From an uncultured Candidatus Rokubacteria bacterium (lineage in GTDB: Bacteria > Methylomirabilota > Methylomirabilia > Rokubacteriales > CSP1-6): a stretch of 64,000 nucleotides of DNA. Both the position numbers and the translations under genes were made by a program. The stretch's first letter is position 1, and each line of letters opens with the position of its first letter. This document shows positions 61,614 to 64,000 of the stretch, piece by piece. The stretch is taken from the NCBI GenBank assembly GCA_963754315.1, contig CAVWFS010000018.1, positions 768,001 to 832,000 on the forward strand, in the 5' to 3' direction. The notes beneath the pieces are model-generated. The model did not search any database and had not been told where the DNA came from. It was given only the letters and a program-made list of their open reading frames with translations.

Positions 61614-63284
61614 ATGCTCCGCGAACTGCGCGTTCGTAACTTAGCGGTGATCGAGAACGTCACCGTGACGTTCGAGGCTGGCCTCAATGTGCTGAGTGGC
61701 GAGACGGGAGCCGGCAAGTCGATCCTCGTCGATGCTGTCTTGCTCCTGTGCGGCGGTCGCGCCCAGGCCGACGTCATCCGGGCCGAGGCCGAGGCGGCGC
61801 TCATCGAAGGGCTGTTCGAGGTCGAGACCGAGAGCGCGGCCGGGCAGATCCTGAGCGAAGCGGGCCTTGCCACCGACGACGGACAGATCGTCGTCCGTCG
61901 AGAGCTGGCGCGTTCCGGACGTCATCGCGCGTTCGTCAACGATTCGCCGGTGACGGTGGCTCTCCTCGAGAGCGTGGGGGACTCCCTCCTCGAGGTACAC
62001 GGCCAGCACGAGCATCAAGCGCTTTTGCAGTCGGGACAGCAACTCGCTCTCCTCGACCGTTTCGCGGGTACGGACGAGCAGGCAAGCCGGGTCGCTGGTC
62101 TGCACAGCAAGCATCGTACGGCGCGTGAGGAACTAGAGCGAACGCGGGCGGTCGAGCGCGATCGGGCGCAGCGGGAAGACCTGCTGCGATTTCAGGTGGG
62201 CGAGCTCGACGCGGCCCGCCTCCGGCCCGGCGAGGAGGAGGAGTTGCGGGTGGAGCGTCGCCGCCTGCAATCGGCCGAGCGGTTGCTGAACGGACTGACG
62301 GAGGTCGAGGGACAGCTCGACGACGATCGCGACTCGGCCCTTGCCCGGCTTGCCCGTGCCGCCCGGGGACTCCGAGATCTCGGTCGAATCGATCCCGCGT
62401 TCGCGGCGCCGGCCGACACCTTGGACTCCGCCAGCGTGCTGCTGGACGAGACCTTGCGAGCGGTGCGCGCCCTGCGCGCCGCGACCACCGAAGAACCCGG
62501 TCGCCTGGAGGCGATCGAGGAGCGGCTGGATGCCCTCGCTCGGCTCAAACGGAAGTACGGCGATAGCGAGGCGGCCATGCTCGCCTTCCGTGGCACGGCC
62601 GGCCATGAGCTGGAACGGCTGGCACGGCACGACGAGGTCGTCATGGAGCAGGAGCGATTGCTGAATCAGGTCGAGGCGGAGCTGATGGCGGTGGCGACCG
62701 AACTGTCCGCGCGGCGGGAGGTCGCCGCGCGGCGACTGCAAGCTTTGGTGGAGCGTGAGATTCGGATCCTCGGCATGAACCGCGGTGTCTTCCGGGTGAC
62801 CCTCGAGCGGGCCGGCCTCAGTGGGATCACCCCCCGCGGCTGGGACCGCGTGGAGTTCCGACTCTCCGCGAATCCCGGCGAGGCGCCCAAGGCCCTGGCG
62901 CGGGCGGCGTCGGGCGGCGAACTGTCGCGCGTGATGCTTGCCGTACGTGCGGTCCTGGCCGCTGCCGACGAAGTCCCGAGCGTGATCTTCGACGAGGTAG
63001 ACGCCGGCATCGGAGGACAGACGGCCGGTGTGGTCGGCGACCGGCTGGCGGCGGTCGCCGCCCGGCGGCAGGTCCTGTGCGTGACCCACCTGGCCCAGAT
63101 CGCGGCTCGAGCCGGCCACCACGTGCGGATCACCAAGAGCGTTCAGGGCCGGCGCTCGCGGGCGAGCGTGGAGACGTTGCGGGGCGAACCCCGAGTGGCG
63201 GAGATCGCGCGCATGCTGGGCGGGGAGACCAAGGCCGGCCTCGAACACGCGCGCGAACTGCTGGCGGAAACCCGCCGAAGCTGA
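61614..63284 (+). CDS. recN: DNA repair protein RecN
   Basis: [33 protein letters not shown]. Confidence 0.96.
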   Translation: MLRELRVRNLAVIENVTVTFEAGLNVLSGETGAGKSILVDAVLLLCGGRAQADVIRAEAEAALIEGLFEVETESAAGQILSEAGLATDDGQIVVRRELARSGRHRAFVNDSPVTVALLESVGDSLLEVHGQHEHQALLQSGQQLALLDRFAGTDEQASRVAGLHSKHRTAREELERTRAVERDRAQREDLLRFQVGELDAARLRPGEEEELRVERRRLQSAERLLNGLTEVEGQLDDDRDSALARLARAARGLRDLGRIDPAFAAPADTLDSASVLLDETLRAVRALRAATTEEPGRLEAIEERLDALARLKRKYGDSEAAMLAFRGTAGHELERLARHDEVVMEQERLLNQVEAELMAVATELSARREVAARRLQALVEREIRILGMNRGVFRVTLERAGLSGITPRGWDRVEFRLSANPGEAPKALARAASGGELSRVMLAVRAVLAAADEVPSVIFDEVDAGIGGQTAGVVGDRLAAVAARRQVLCVTHLAQIAARAGHHVRITKSVQGRRSRASVETLRGEPRVAEIARMLGGETKAGLEHARELLAETRRS

Positions 63285-63337
63285 GAGTGTCGCCGTCCGC
63301 GGGTTTGCCCGCGAGGACCCGGTATAATGACAGGGAC

Positions 63338-64000
63338 ATGCTCGACTTACTGTTGAAGAAGATTTTCGGGACCAAGCACGAGCGCGACGTCAAGCGCATG
63401 CAGCCTGCGGTGGTGAGCATCAACGCTTTCGAGGAGAGTCTGCAGGGGCTCTCCGATGCCGGGCTCACCGCCAAGACCGACGAGTTTCGTCGCCGACTGG
63501 CCGCCGACCAGCCCCTCGATGACCTGCTCCCCGAGGTCTTCGCGGTGGGACGGGAAGGGGCTCGCCGATGGCTGGGGATGCGGCATTTCGACGTGCAGCT
63601 CATCGGGGGGATGGTTCTTCATAGCGGGGCCATCGCCGAGATGGCCACCGGCGAAGGCAAAACGCTGGTGGCGACGCTCCCCGCGTATTTGAACGCGCTG
63701 AGCGGGCGCGGCGTGCACATCGTCACCGTGAACGACTACCTGGCCAAGCGCGATGCCCAGTGGATGGGACCGCTCTACCAGGGGCTTGGCCTGACGGTGG
63801 GGGTCATCCAGCACGAGGCCTCGTTCCTGTACGATCCAGCCTACGTCACCTCGGACATTCGCATGACGGCCCTCAGACCGTGCACGCGCCACGAGGCATA
63901 TCGCGCCGACATCACGTACGGGACCAACAACGAGTTCGGCTTCGACTACCTCCGTGACAACATGCGCTTCACCCTGGACGAGGTCGTCCAGCGTGCTTTG
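63338..64000 (+). CDS. secA: Preprotein translocase SecA, 3'-truncated by the window edge (absent from the ORF track)
   Basis: My translation from ATG 63338: [17 protein letters not shown]...[11 protein letters not shown]...EMATGEGKT...[11 protein letters not shown]...[16 protein letters not shown]. Confidence 0.97.
   Translation, partial: MLDLLLKKIFGTKHERDVKRMQPAVVSINAFEESLQGLSDAGLTAKTDEFRRRLAADQPLDDLLPEVFAVGREGARRWLGMRHFDVQLIGGMVLHSGAIAEMATGEGKTLVATLPAYLNALSGRGVHIVTVNDYLAKRDAQWMGPLYQGLGLTVGVIQHEASFLYDPAYVTSDIRMTALRPCTRHEAYRADITYGTNNEFGFDYLRDNMRFTLDEVVQRAL

Overview
A GC-rich, gene-dense bacterial chromosomal window made mostly of housekeeping and cofactor genes. The gene content and repeat style suggest Candidatus Rokubacteria/Methylomirabilota, but this is inference only. 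It carries a TPP-riboswitch thiSGE operon, two separate TldD/TldE pairs, moeA, a family-B DNA polymerase, a thrC-like gene with a MoaD-like sulfur carrier, rlmN-mtaB-mtnP-pfkB, a form II coxSLM cluster with Moco/Fe-S maturation genes, tRNA-Ala(CGC), tlyA-nadK-recN and the start of secA. No transposase, integrase, phage gene or CRISPR array was seen. The main findings are: (1) an exported rhodanese that the ORF track cuts short at an in-frame UGA in the catalytic-Cys position (Y-U-T-C-P), followed by a SECIS-like hairpin and lying between a divergent tldD and tldE in a moeA operon; (2) a secreted protein behind a consensus sigma-54 promoter, with about 38 GQDVQAPR repeats between two Cys-containing helical caps; (3) an 88-bp GTAG/hairpin repeat array with a covarying solo copy 29 kb away; (4) a structured, SD-sequestering leader before the thrC-like gene; (5) many apparently leaderless genes and overlapping bidirectional -10 elements. 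Seven single-base (+1) frameshifts in conserved genes look like sequencing or assembly errors.
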